Assembly (NCBI GenBank): GCA_964234715.1
Contig: OZ174285.1
Reading direction: 5' to 3' (one strand)
DNA: 64,000 nucleotides
From: Podarcis melisellensis
Taxonomy: Eukaryota
In this document: positions 1-11,500 of the stretch, piece by piece
Layout: every line of letters starts with the position of its first letter
Numbering within the stretch: the stretch's first letter is position 1
Notes under the pieces: model-generated
The model's input: the letters and a program-made list of their open reading frames with translations, nothing else
Told to the model about the DNA's origin: nothing
The model's database searches: none
Program-made: the position numbers and the translations under genes

Positions 1-68
1 CGAGATGAGTGCCGCAACCCCAGAGTCGGCCACGACTGGACCTAATGGTCAGGGGTCCCTTTACCTTT
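1..68 (-). mobile_element. Sauria SINE, 5' part (cut by window edge)
   Basis: Reverse complement of AAAGGTAAAGGGACCCCTGACCATTAGGTCCAGTCGTGGCCGACTCTGGGGTTGCGGC; matches the copies at 4518, 14427 and 54720. Confidence 0.85.
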
Positions 69-371
69 AAGGACAAAATATAGCATGCTTTGCTAGTATC
101 TTCCAATAAGCTTTTCTAAACCCTGTTCCACCCACAAAGAACCTTCTGGCTTGCTTCTCATCATATGAAGACTGCAGGAATAAGAGGGAAAGTGTAAGGA
201 AAGAGAATACTACGGTATATAGAATATTTATGCAAATACGAAAGGAGTTGCAAGGTAACTATTTGATTACAACTGGAAGCCATTAAAGAAGAAAGCAATG
301 CATTTTAGCTTTAAAGTCAGGCCTACTAACCAAGGTATTCCAGGAGAGAGAGAGAAAAGAAAAGAAAACTG

Positions 372-585
372 TTGCATTTATATCCCAACCTTTCCTCCAA
401 GATGCTCAAGGTGGGTTACATAGGTCTCCATATTATTCTCACAGCAACCCTGTGAGGTAGGCTAGGTTGAGAGTTGGTGACTGGCCCATAGTCCCCTAGT
501 GAGCTGCATGGCTGAGTGGGGATTTGAACTCTAGTCTCCCAGGTCCTATTCTGACACTCTCCCACTATATTACTGGCTTTCTGCT
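372..585. mobile_element. Old MIR/L2-like SINE fragment
   Basis: Degenerate core 'attctcacagcaaccctgtgaggtagg...gggatttgaactc'; similar sequence near 24710 and 25030-25100. Boundaries approximate. Confidence 0.5.
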
Positions 586-2075
586 CACATCTGAAGAAAT
601 CTATCTGAGCTCCATGGAGAAAGGGTGGATACAAATGCAATAGCAGCAACAAATTCATGTACAGTAAGTCTACAACATACATAGGGGTTATGTTTCTGGG
701 GATAGTGCCTAAAGCCAAAACTGTGTATAGTCAAAACACATTGGGTGCTATAGTGAGTGGGATTACTAAAGCCTCCCCCCCATTTGCCTTCCCCCCTTTT
801 ATTTTTATTTTTGCCAAGCACATAAAGTGGAATGCGCACAAATTTAATGTGTGTAAATTGCAGGCTTACTGTATTAAATACAGAAACATGAAAGAACTTC
901 AAGTAAGTTACTGGCGTGCACTTTTTAAGCATACAGTTAAAATAGCTGGTTTGTGTTCACATAAGGATTTAAATGTAAAAACATCTCAATTGAAGGATTA
1001 AGATCCTCCCCCCTTTGCTCTCTCGCTTTCTTTTTAGTATTTGTTTCATAAAAGTTGAAGAAAAGCAGACAGCGAAACAGTAACAGTAAAAACTGGCACA
1101 CTGATCCTAAACAGATTTGCTTGCAAGTCCCACTGACTTGCTTGCATTTGCTGCCTTAACCCCTCAGTACAATTCTGTAAGCAAAGGCTAACACTCCACA
1201 GCATCATACAATGCTTTTTACTGGAGCGCTCGCTGGGGTAATATTGATTGGCTGGTCCAGTCACAGCTGTGAAGTGTTCTCAGGGGAACAACAGCAGAGC
1301 ATTTATCTCCTTTATCCCGACAATGCCAGATTTTAAAATAAGATTTAAGGGGATTTTTGTGGCCTTTGGGTCAATAGTTTTAGGAGATCATAGGAATTCT
1401 AGTTATAACTGTAGCTGGCTAAATCCTGACCCTACAGCGTATGGAGTATTTTTTTAAATGCTAAGACTACATTTGCATACAATTCAAACATTTATCCGTG
1501 CAATACCTCCCCTTAGTAACTGCTGTATTTCAGAGATGTAGTTTAATCTCTGAAGGGGTTTATCTTACGAAATAATATCCTTAACACAGGTAGTTGGAAT
1601 GTATCAATTGCCAGCTAGATTTAGTAATGTAACTTTAGACTAAAGATAATCTTATTTGTCCTTATTTGAATGGACTGACCTGCTCTCTCAATTTGAAGTG
1701 ATGAAGTCTTTTGTAGTTCTCACTCATTGGTTTTTGTTCCATACCAGGCACTGAATATGCAATACCTAGGACAAGGCCAGACCATTCCCTGTCTTGTGTC
1801 ACAACTCAGAAAACCATTCCTAAAATAGATTATGTTCCAGAATCAATTTTACAGCCAAGTTCCTATAAAAGCACAGTCAACATTTAATGTGGAATTGGTT
1901 GAAACCCTGTTCCCTGCAACTTTTAATGGCGATGATGGACACTAGGGAGAGGCATTTAATGTAATTTCAATTAATTGTGTTTATTAAGTTCTGTTCCTGT
2001 TGCTTGTGTTCGATATTCTAATTTATTTGATACTATTTTTCCTGGGTGAAGTTTACCCTTTCCTAAGGTTTAGTG

Positions 2076-4316
2076 CCCCTTCATGGATCACTGCCTTGCC
2101 GTGGCGAAGGGGCTTGAAGAACTCAGAGAAGCTATGAACTATGCCGAGCAGGGCACCCAAGATGAACAGGTCATAGTGGAGAGTTTTGACCAAACGTGAT
2201 CCACCTGGAGGAGGAACCGGCAAGCCACTCCAGTATCCCTGCCAAGAAAACTCCATGGACAAAGACAACAGGCATACACAGTGGAAGTGAGGAACAGGTT
2301 TAAGGATTTAGATTTGGTGGACAGAGTGCCTGAAGAACTATGGATGGAGGCTCGTAACATTATACAGGAGGCAGCAACGAAAACCATCCCAATGAAAAGG
2401 AAATGCAAGAAAGCAAAGTGGCTGTCCAATGAGGCCTTACAAATAGCGGGGGAGAGAAGGCAAGCAAAATTCGAGGGAGATGGTGAAAGATACAGGAAAT
2501 TGAATGCAGATTCCAAAGAATAGCAAGGAGAGACAAGAAGACCTTCTTAAACAAGCAATGCAAAGAAATAGAGGAAAGCAATAGAATGGGAAGAACCAGA
2601 GATCTGTTCAAGAAAACTGGAGATATGAAAGGAACATTTTGAACAAAGATTTCCATAATAAAGGACAAAAGTGGAAAGGACCTAACAGAAGCAGAAGACA
2701 TCAAGAAGAGGTGGCAAGAATACACAGAGGAATTATACCAGAAAGAAATGGATGTCCCGTATACCCCAGATAGTGTGGTTGCTGACCTTGAGCCAGACAT
2801 CCTGGAGAGTGAAGTCAAATGGGCCTTAGAAAGCACTGCAAATAACAAGGCCAGTGGAAGTGATGGTATTCCAGCTGAACTATTTAAAATTTTAAAAGAT
2901 GATGCTGTTAAGGTGCTACACTCAATATGCCAGCAAGTTTGGAAAACTCAGCAGTGGCCAGAAGATTGGAGATCAGTCTACATCCCAATCCCAAAGAAGG
3001 GCAGTGCCAAAGAATGCTCCAACTACCGCACAATTGCACTCATTTCACACGCTAGCCTGGTTATGCTTAAAATTCTACAAGGAAGGCTCAAGCAATATGT
3101 GGACCGAGAACTCCCAGAAGTGCAAGCTGGATTTAGAAGAGGCAGAGGAACCAGAGACCAAATTGCAAACATGCGCTGGATTATGGAGAAAGCTAGAGAG
3201 TTCCAGAAAGACATCTACTTCTGCTTCATTGACTATGCAAAAGCCTTTGACTGTGTCGACCACGGCAAACTATGGCAAGTTCTTAAAGAAATGGGAGTGC
3301 CAGATCACCTCATCTGTCTCCTGAGAAATCTCTATGTGGGACAAGAAGCTACAGTTTAGAACTGGATATGGAACAACTGATTGGTTCAAAATTGGGAAAG
3401 GAGTACGACAAGGCTGTATTTTGTCTCCCTGCTTATTTAACTTATATGCAGAATTCATCATGCGAAAGGCTGGGCTGGATGAATCCCTAGCCGGAATTAA
3501 GATTGCCGGAAGAAATATCAACAACCTCAGATATGCAGATGACACAACCTTGATGGCAGAAAGTGAGGAGGAATTAAAGAACCTTTTAATGAGGGTGAAA
3601 GAGGAGAGCGCAAAATATGGTCTGAAGCTCACCATCAAAAAAACGAAGATCATGGCCACTGGTCCCATCACCTCCTGGCAAATAGAAGGGGAAGAAATGG
3701 AGGTAGTGAGAGATTTTACTTTCTTGGGCTTAATGATCACTGCAGATGGTAACAGCAGCCACGAAATTAAAAGACGCCTGCTTCTTGGGAGAAGGGCAAT
3801 GACAGGCCTAGACAGCATCTTGAGAAGTAGAGACATCACCTTGCCAACAAAGGTTCGTATAGTTAAAACTATGGTTTTCCCAGTAGTGATGTATGGAAGT
3901 GAGAGCTGGACCATAAAGAAGGCTGATCGCCGAAGAATTGATGCTTTTGAATTATGGTGCTGGAGGAGACTCTTGAGAGTCCCATGGACTGCAAGAAGAT
4001 CAAACCTCTCCATACTGAAGGAAATCAACCCTGAGTGCTCACTGGAAGGACAGATTGTGAAGCTGAGGCTCCAGTACTTTGGCCACCTCATGAGAAGAGA
4101 AGACTCCCTGGAGAAGACCCTGATGTTGGGAAAGATGGAGGGCACAAGGAGAAGGGGGCGACAGAGGACGAGATGGTTGGATAGTGTTTTCGAGGCTACC
4201 AGCATGAGTTTGACCAAACTGCGGGAGGCAGTAGAGGACAGAGGTGCCTGGCGTTCTCTGGTCCATGGGGTCACGAAGAGTCGGACACGACTAAACGACT
4301 AAACAACAACAACAAC
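2076..4316 (+). mobile_element. BovB (RTE-clade LINE), internally deleted and frameshifted
   Basis: BovB-type 5' end (atggatcactgccttg...). RT fragments: CSNYRTIALISH, QAGFRRGRGTRDQI, FIDYAKAFD, GVRQGCILSPCLFN, LRYADD. (CAA)n tail; 11-bp TSD AAGGTTTAGTG at 2065-2075 and 4317-4327. Frameshifts or stops near 2515, 2640 and 3350. Confidence 0.93.
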
Positions 4317-4517
4317 AAGGTTTAGTGAGTGTAAAGATACAAATACAAACCTTTTATGACAGACATAAAAGCTGCACCATTTAAGAACCCATTTTGCCCT
4401 TCACAGAGCAGCAAGCCCTAAACTTTTAAACTATAATGAACAGAGATAAGATAACTACATCTTCTAGATTATTTTTATTAATAGTTTAGGTTATACTGCA
4501 GGCTTTTCTGTACAGTA

Positions 4518-4869
4518 AAAAGGTAAAGGGACCCCTGACCATTAGGTCCAGTCGTAGCCGACTCTGGGGTTGCGGCGCTCATCTCGCTTTATTGGCCGAG
4601 GGAGCCGGCGTACGGCTTCCGGGTCATGTGGCCAGCATGACTAAGCCGCTTCTGGCGAACCAGAGCAACGCACGGAAACGCCGTTTACCTTCCCGCTGGA
4701 GCAGTATCTATTTATCTACTTGCACTTTGACGTGCTTTCAAACTGCTAGGTTGGCAGGAGCAGGGACCGAGCAACAGGAGCTACCCCATCACAAGGATTC
4801 GAACCACCGACCTTCTGATCGGCAAGTCGTAGGCTCTGTGGTTTAACCCACAGCGCCACCTATGTCCCT
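4518..4869 (+). mobile_element. Sauria SINE, full length
   Basis: Characteristic Sauria SINE sequence; TSD TTTTCTGTACAGTA at 4504-4517 and 4870-4883. Confidence 0.9.
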
Positions 4870-5821
4870 TTTTCTGTACAGTACTAATCTTTTAAAGCAG
4901 AAGTGGGGAACCTTCAAGCTGCAGGTCAGTCTTGCCCCACCAAGGGATCCAAATTGGCCTGCAAAACCATTTCCCCTAAAGCATGGCCACCAATGACATC
5001 ATCTGATGTGTAGGAAGGTGGGGGTTAAAGTCTGCACTCAATGCACATGACTGGTGAATTAATCCTGCTCAGTTTGGCAAGATTCTATGCAAACCTCTTC
5101 CTGATTCAGGAAGGGATTTACATGCCTGTTAAAATGAAGGGGGGAAGGAAACCCTGTTTTAGCAACACTTTGAATCTGACATAATGGTGATGCTGGCCGA
5201 CTAACAATGGGAGGCTCTGCCCACCTCTCACATCTGGCCCACAAGGCAGATCCAGCTAAGGACCTGGCCTGTGGAGTCCAAAAGGTTCCCTTATCCACAC
5301 TTTAAAATGCTCATCCTTGGGCCTCAGAGGAAGATGCAGTAATTTTAGGGAGTGTAAATCATTAGAAGAATTACCAGATTCAGGAAACCCCTGAAAAACT
5401 GCTTGCAAGGAAAGGGGAACTTTCCTTGCTGCTGATAGCACAGATGGCCTTTAAAACCATAGGACATCTATGACACACTAACGCGTCTTCAAAATTTAAA
5501 TACTAGTAGACTGTGTGTCTTTGTGTAGTATAAACACAGAACCAATGGTTGTTGTTTTTTTTAAAAGCACCCCTGCAGAGTGTCTTTTAGCACCTTGAAG
5601 ATTAGTTGTGCACCTGGTACCTTCATTCTACAGTTTTGTCATTTGCTGAAGACACACCTTTTTATCCTGGTCTTTGGCACTTGTGATATATATATGTTTA
5701 GGATTCGCTTTAGGCGTGACTGTAATTTGTTTTGAATTGTTATTAATGCTGTATTTTATATTGTTATGACCCACTCTGGGACCTTCTTACAACAGCAACA
5801 CATTTATTATCACATAGCTTT

Positions 5822-5958
5822 CAGGCTTCCTCAAACTCGGCCCTTCAGATGTTTTGAGACCACAATTCCCATCATCCCTGACCACTGTTCCTGTTAGCTA
5901 GGGATCATGGGAGTTGTAGGCCAAAAAATGTCTGGAGAGCCGAGTTTGAGGAAGCCTG
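5822..5958. mobile_element. Short hAT-type MITE
   Basis: TIRs CAGGCTTCCTCAAACTCGG / CCGAGTTTGAGGAAGCCTG around a palindromic 'acaattcccatc...gatcatgggagttgt' core; same family as 41976-42107. Confidence 0.75.
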
Positions 5959-7047
5959 GACTAGAATCTACTTCATCAAATGCTTGTGCCATATGTGTTG
6001 GTCTTTAAGGCGCCACAAGACTGTTGGGTTTGCTGCAAGAGACTCATATGTCTACCCTTCTGGAAACATTTTCAAGTTGTATTCACAAGTCATCGTCCCC
6101 AAACCTCCCAGAACTTACTACAATATTTTGATGCTTAATTTTCCTTGTTACATTTTATCATAAAGCATTATTTCTACAAACAGAGTAGCTATGACAGAAG
6201 AAGAGGACCCAGGAAATCTGACAGGCCTTTTAAAGTTTACTCTTTAAAGCTATATAAATCAGAATGAAATGTAAACATTGCTAAATGTAATATTAGGAGA
6301 TCTGACAAGATGAAGCACAGTCTCACCAACAACCTTGTCTTAGCATCAGAGTGAAAGGCTGTCAGCATTTCATTTATATACAATGTGTTCTGAAAAGAAA
6401 CAATTATAACTAACATTTTCCATTGCAGCAGCTTTATTTAAAACAGAGGTCAACTTTTCAGTCTCAAGAGAATGCTACAGAAAAACCACATGTAAAATCC
6501 TGTTTCCTGTGAAACGGGGCAGATGTTTTTATGTAAGCAAAAGCAAATCATAACTCTGCAGGACCAGCAAAGGACCAGGATCTAACTTATATGATGGCTG
6601 AGTACCCACAAAAAGAGAAGTTAGAAATCATTGCAATTAGGTCTGAGTTGCTTTGTCTCTTCAGAAGACAGCTGTGGAGGCATGTGCTTTGAAGCAGCTG
6701 CAGAGTCTAAAACTAGACGGGCAACTATTTTGAGGTTAGGTACCAATGGCCAAAGATATAGCCAAGTTCATTAATATTAGATAACTTGCAGTAACTAATT
6801 TTGCCTTGTGCAAGGATAGTTCCAGTTTGTATTTCTGTGCATATCAAAACTACAGGGTTCTGGCAGCCTAGCAAGAAATCAATATATTGTACAGGAGAAG
6901 TAGTTTACCTAGGGTCCTCCAGACATTGGTGAACTCAAACTCCTGTCACCCCACGAAGCACAGCCAAGGATCAGGGATGATGGGATTTGTAGTACAGCAA
7001 CATCTGGACATCACAATTTAGCCACAACTGCTGTACAGCAAACTTAG

Positions 7048-7455
7048 TGTCAGGGAACTGACATCTAAAGCGCAGGAGGCGCAAAGGCTCACTGAGGGTG
7101 AGAGAGCAGTAGCAGCGGAAGAGGGAACCAGTAGAGGGCGAGCAAGAACTCCAAGGGAAAGTGAGTCGGAGGGATGGCTCAGAGACGCTTCAAGCGAAAC
7201 CAGTGGGGAGGTCTCAGGACCTCCTATAGGGACACCCACACCTCGACGGAAACTGTCACGCCGAGAGGCCAGACGACGTGTTTCCGTTAAGGAGCTTTTA
7301 TGTTGGAAACGTTTCCGAAAGCAGCCACTTTCGGATTCTACTAGTGATTGACGCAGCCATGCTGGAGGGGCTCCGTCACAGGCAGAGGTTTGAAAGCCTG
7401 ATCAAACTCTGAGGGACTTGCATTTTACGCACAAGCAGCTCATCGTCCCATCACA
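7048..7455 (+). repeat. 5' LTR (408 bp)
   Basis: TGTCAGGG...CCATCACA, direct repeat of 12138-12545. Confidence 0.97.
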
Positions 7456-7457
7456 GC

Positions 7458-7468
7458 AATCCGAAAGT
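7458..7468 (+). other. Self-priming primer binding site (AATCCGAAAGT)
   Basis: Starts 2 nt after the LTR; no TGG tRNA-type start; exact reverse complement of LTR positions 7327-7337 (ACTTTCGGATT). Confidence 0.8.
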
Positions 7469-7501
7469 CTCCGAAAGCCAGCTTGTGCAGGGAGAAGCAT
7501 C

Positions 7502-8521
7502 ATGAGCAATCCAGCCGGAACCGGGGAAGCAGGAGCAGCTGGAGGAGGTCCAAGCCTGGAAGAAAGGTACAGGGCGTTGGAGATCCAGTTGGCGCTGCAA
7601 ACGGCGAGGCTTGAGGAGAGGAGGGCTCAGGATGCAGAAAAGGGAAAGGAGAAAACCACCCCGCTCGCCAGAAAGGTGCCAGGATTGGTGCAGAAATTCG
7701 GGGGGGATCCCAGGAACTATCATGCCTTTAGAACAGAGATGCAATACGCTCTAAACTTGCAGTTTGATGACTTCCCCGATGAGGAATCGCGAGTGGCGTA
7801 TGTGATTGGCCATCTCGAATCCGGGGCGAAAGATTGGGTTAGACCCCTGATGGCAGCGAATAATGAGATCTTAAAGGACACGAGGAAGTTTTTTCGTGCC
7901 ATGGACCTGATGTTTTCCAGCGATATTGAGCAGGGGGTGGTGCGAAGGCAGTTAATGGCTTGCCAGCAAGGAAGCAGATCTGTCCGTGAGTACTGGACTG
8001 AATTTACCATGTTGATTCACAAATTGGGGTGGGACCTATCGGCGGAGCCCATCCAAATGCTTTTCGAAGAGGGGCTTTCTTCAACCGTCAAAGATGAGCT
8101 TTCCCGGGGCCCCAGGGCGGAGTCTATGGACCAGTTAACCAAATCTGCGCTGGCCATAGGAGCGCGCCAGGAGGCGAGGGCTATGGAAAAGCGGGAAGGG
8201 AAAGGAGACCGTTGGAGGGAGTTCCGCATTCCAGACATTCCAGAGCCACCTTTCCCGCCGGCAGAGCCGATGGAAGTTGGAACAGCGCGGGCGCGCGCAG
8301 TTTCAAATCCCAGTGAAGGGCGGAAAAAGGAGGGAAAGAGCGCCAAGAGATGTTATCTCTGCCAACAGCCAGGGCACTTTGCCAGAGTTTGCCCACAAAG
8401 AAAGGAATGGCAAGGGATGGCAGGAGCTGTTGGGGGAAAGGAAGAGGAAGGCAAGGAGCAAGTAAAAGCCAACGCCTGGCTGCCACCGTTGGGGCACAGC
8501 AGCCAGGCCAAAGAGCAATGA
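7502..8521 (+). CDS. gag: Gag (retrotransposon capsid plus CCHC zinc knuckle)
   Basis: First ATG after the LTR (MSNPAG). Sushi/PEG10-like capsid region (FGGDPRNY...QQGSRSVREYWTEF) and knuckle CYLCQQPGHFARVC. Confidence 0.92.
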   Translation: MSNPAGTGEAGAAGGGPSLEERYRALEIQLALQTARLEERRAQDAEKGKEKTTPLARKVPGLVQKFGGDPRNYHAFRTEMQYALNLQFDDFPDEESRVAYVIGHLESGAKDWVRPLMAANNEILKDTRKFFRAMDLMFSSDIEQGVVRRQLMACQQGSRSVREYWTEFTMLIHKLGWDLSAEPIQMLFEEGLSSTVKDELSRGPRAESMDQLTKSALAIGARQEARAMEKREGKGDRWREFRIPDIPEPPFPPAEPMEVGTARARAVSNPSEGRKKEGKSAKRCYLCQQPGHFARVCPQRKEWQGMAGAVGGKEEEGKEQVKANAWLPPLGHSSQAKEQ

Positions 8522-11500
8522 AAGTGCCCATGCCAGAACCCCCCAGACCCGCTTTAGTGATAGAGGTGTTACTAGAACTGCCAAACGGACACCCACTAAA
8601 GGTCAAGGCGCTTTTGGATTCAGGCAGCTCCTGTAATTTCATGAGTAAGGAGTTTGCAGCTGAGCACCAGATACAGACTATCCCTTTAAGTAACCCCTTG
8701 CAGGTGACTACGATTGACGGCAGAGAGCTGTTGGGGGGAGAAGTTAGCCAACAGACTGTCCCGATGATAATGAGAGTGGCAAGGCACACCGAACAGATAG
8801 CGTTTAATGTGGCCATCCTGGGAGGAGCGCCCATCATTTTGGGGATGAGCTGGCTGGCGCTACACGATCCGCTAGTGGGCTGGCATCAGAGGGTGGTCTC
8901 CTTTGGGTCAGCACATTGCCTAGAACACTGCAAGGAGGGGAAGGTTTCGGGAGGAGACAGAGTCACCCTAGCGGGGATGGAAGTGATGGACAAAGGGAAG
9001 GTGCCCCCGCAATACGCAGATCTGAGCAACGTATTCAGCGAAAGGGAAGCAGACAAACTGCCACCGCATAGACCCTTTGACTGTCAAATCAACCTACTCC
9101 CAGGGGCCCAACTCCCAGTAGGCAAGCTGTACGCCATGTCAGACAGGGAGATGCAGGAGCTGAGGGAGTTCATTGACAAAAACTTGAAGCGAGGTTTCAT
9201 CAGAGAGTCCCGAGCGGTGGGGGGCAGCCCAGTGTTCTTTGTGGACAAAAAGAACACAGACAAACCGAGACTGGTGTGTGACTTCAGGGCCCTCAATGCA
9301 GTGTCGGAGCCCCTGGCTTTCCCTATGCCCCGAATTGATGACATTTTGACCAGAGTAAGGAAGGGAAAGATTTTTACAAAACTGGACCTGCGGGGGGCGT
9401 ACAATCTGATACGCATAAGGAAGGGAGATGAATGGAAGACCACCATGTTTACCCCGTTGGGAGCCTTTGAATACCTCGTTATGCCCTTCGGTCTACAAGG
9501 GGGCTCCGCGTGTTTTCAAGCTTTTATAAACCACGTTCTGGGACCTTTGCTCTACAAGAATTGTGTGGCCTTTTTAGACGACGTGTTGGTGTATTCGGAA
9601 AATGAGGAACAGCATGTGAGGGACGTTCGAGAAGTGTTGGGCAGGCTGCAAGCCAACCAGCTGTGGGTGAAACTGGAGAAGTGCCAGTTTCATACCAAGG
9701 AGGTGGAATTCCTGGGGTACCGCTTGTCAGACAAGGGATTGGCCATGGATCCAGGCAAGGTCCAAGCGGTACTGGAATGGAAGACACCGAAGACCAAGAA
9801 GGACGTGCAAAGATTCTTGGGATTTGGGAACTTTTATCGGAAGTTCATCAAGAACTTTGCCCACTTGACGGCGCCCATCACCGACTGTCTCAGCAGCAAG
9901 AAGAAATTTGTTTGGACGGCAGAGGCGGATCGAGCCTTTGAAGAACTGAAAAGGGCTTTCGCCTCGGAAGAACAACTTCTGCATGTGGATTTACGAAAAC
10001 CCATGAGAGTGGAAACAGATGCATCCGACCGGGCGGTAGGGGCGGTCCTTCTTCAACCGGGGAGGAGTGCGTCGGAGTGGAGACCGTGTGCCTTCTTCTC
10101 GCGGAAGCTGAATAAGTCCGAGAGGAATTACACGGTGTATGACAGGGAACTACTTGCCATTCACGAAGCATTCCGGAGGTGGAGACATTTATTAATTGGG
10201 GCACAACACAAGGTGCAAGTGTGCACCGACCACAAAAATTTAGAGTATTGGAGAACAGCTCGAGTGCTCAACCAACGACAAGTGAGATGGGCACAGGAAT
10301 TCTCCAAATTTAACTTTGAGATTTGTTATGTGCCAGGCCCAGAAAACGTCAGGGCGGACGCGCTCTCACGCAAACCAGAATATTGGGAAGGGGAGGGGGT
10401 GATCGAAGAGAGACATGTCATCCCGGAGGACCGCTGGGTGTGTGGGGCGGCGATGGTGGGGCAACGAGAACTGGTGGAGGAAACGGAAAATGATGAATAT
10501 GCCCAGGATAAGCTCAGAGGTCTCAGGGGGGAGGGCGAGAGCCCCGGAGGTTTTGAGGAAAGAAATGGGGCATTGTATTACAAAGGGGCACTGTATATAC
10601 CCGAAGGTGAATTGAGGGGGAGAGTACTCAAGCAGTTGCATGATAGCCCCACGGCGGGACATTTTGGGCAACACAAGACCATGTGGTTGGTTACCAGGGA
10701 ATTTTGGTGGCCTAAGGTGAGGGAAGATGTAAGGGAGTATGTAAGAGGGTGTGACCAATGTCAGCGAGCCAAAGGGGAAAGAAGGGCGCCGGCAGGGTTA
10801 TTAGAACCTTTACCCACACCAGAACGGCCTTGGGAAGCGATATCAATAGATTTTATGACGGATCTGCCAAGGTCCAAGGGGAAAACAGCCATCATGGTAG
10901 TAGTAGACCTGTTAACTAAGATGTGCCACTTTGTAGCATGCTCACATGCAGTCACAGCGGAAGAAACGGCGAAGTTGTTTGTGGAACATATCTTTAGGTT
11001 GCACGGGGCTCCCTCGAGGGTGATCTCAGATCGAGGCAAACAATTTACTTCCAGGTTCTGGAGGAAGCTCATGAGCTTGTTACACGTGGAAGTCAATTTT
11101 TCAACTGCCCGGCACCCTGAAACCAACGGGCAGGCGGAAAGGGCAAATGGCATTCTTCAACAATATCTTAGGTGTTATGTCAATGACAGAGAGAACGATT
11201 GGGTCGAAAAGTTGGCGTTGGCAGAATTTGCCTACAATAATGCGGAGAATGTGTCCACAGGGATGAGTCCCTTTTTGGCTAATTACGGGTGTCACCCCAG
11301 GGCATTTCCAGGGGAAGGAGGGGAGAGATGGAGCGTCCCAGCGGCTGAACATTTTGTAGAAGAGATGGAAGCCATCCATCAGCAGCTCCAGCTCAACTTA
11401 GAAAGGGCTAAGGCACAATATAAGAAGCAGGCAGACAAGAACAGAAGGGAAGGTGAAACCATAAGGGTGGGGGATCAAGTGTGGTTGTCAACCCAAGGGT

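Noticed and set aside
3270-4274. 334-aa minus-strand ORF
   Set aside because: Antisense shadow of the BovB RT region; no independent domain or promoter evidence.
7418-7501. Gag N-terminal extension given in the ORF track
   Set aside because: Starts at a TTG inside the LTR; the first ATG is at 7502.
9571-9585. RT motif FLDD instead of YxDD as a sign of inactivation
   Set aside because: FxDD occurs in many Gypsy RTs and both aspartates are intact.
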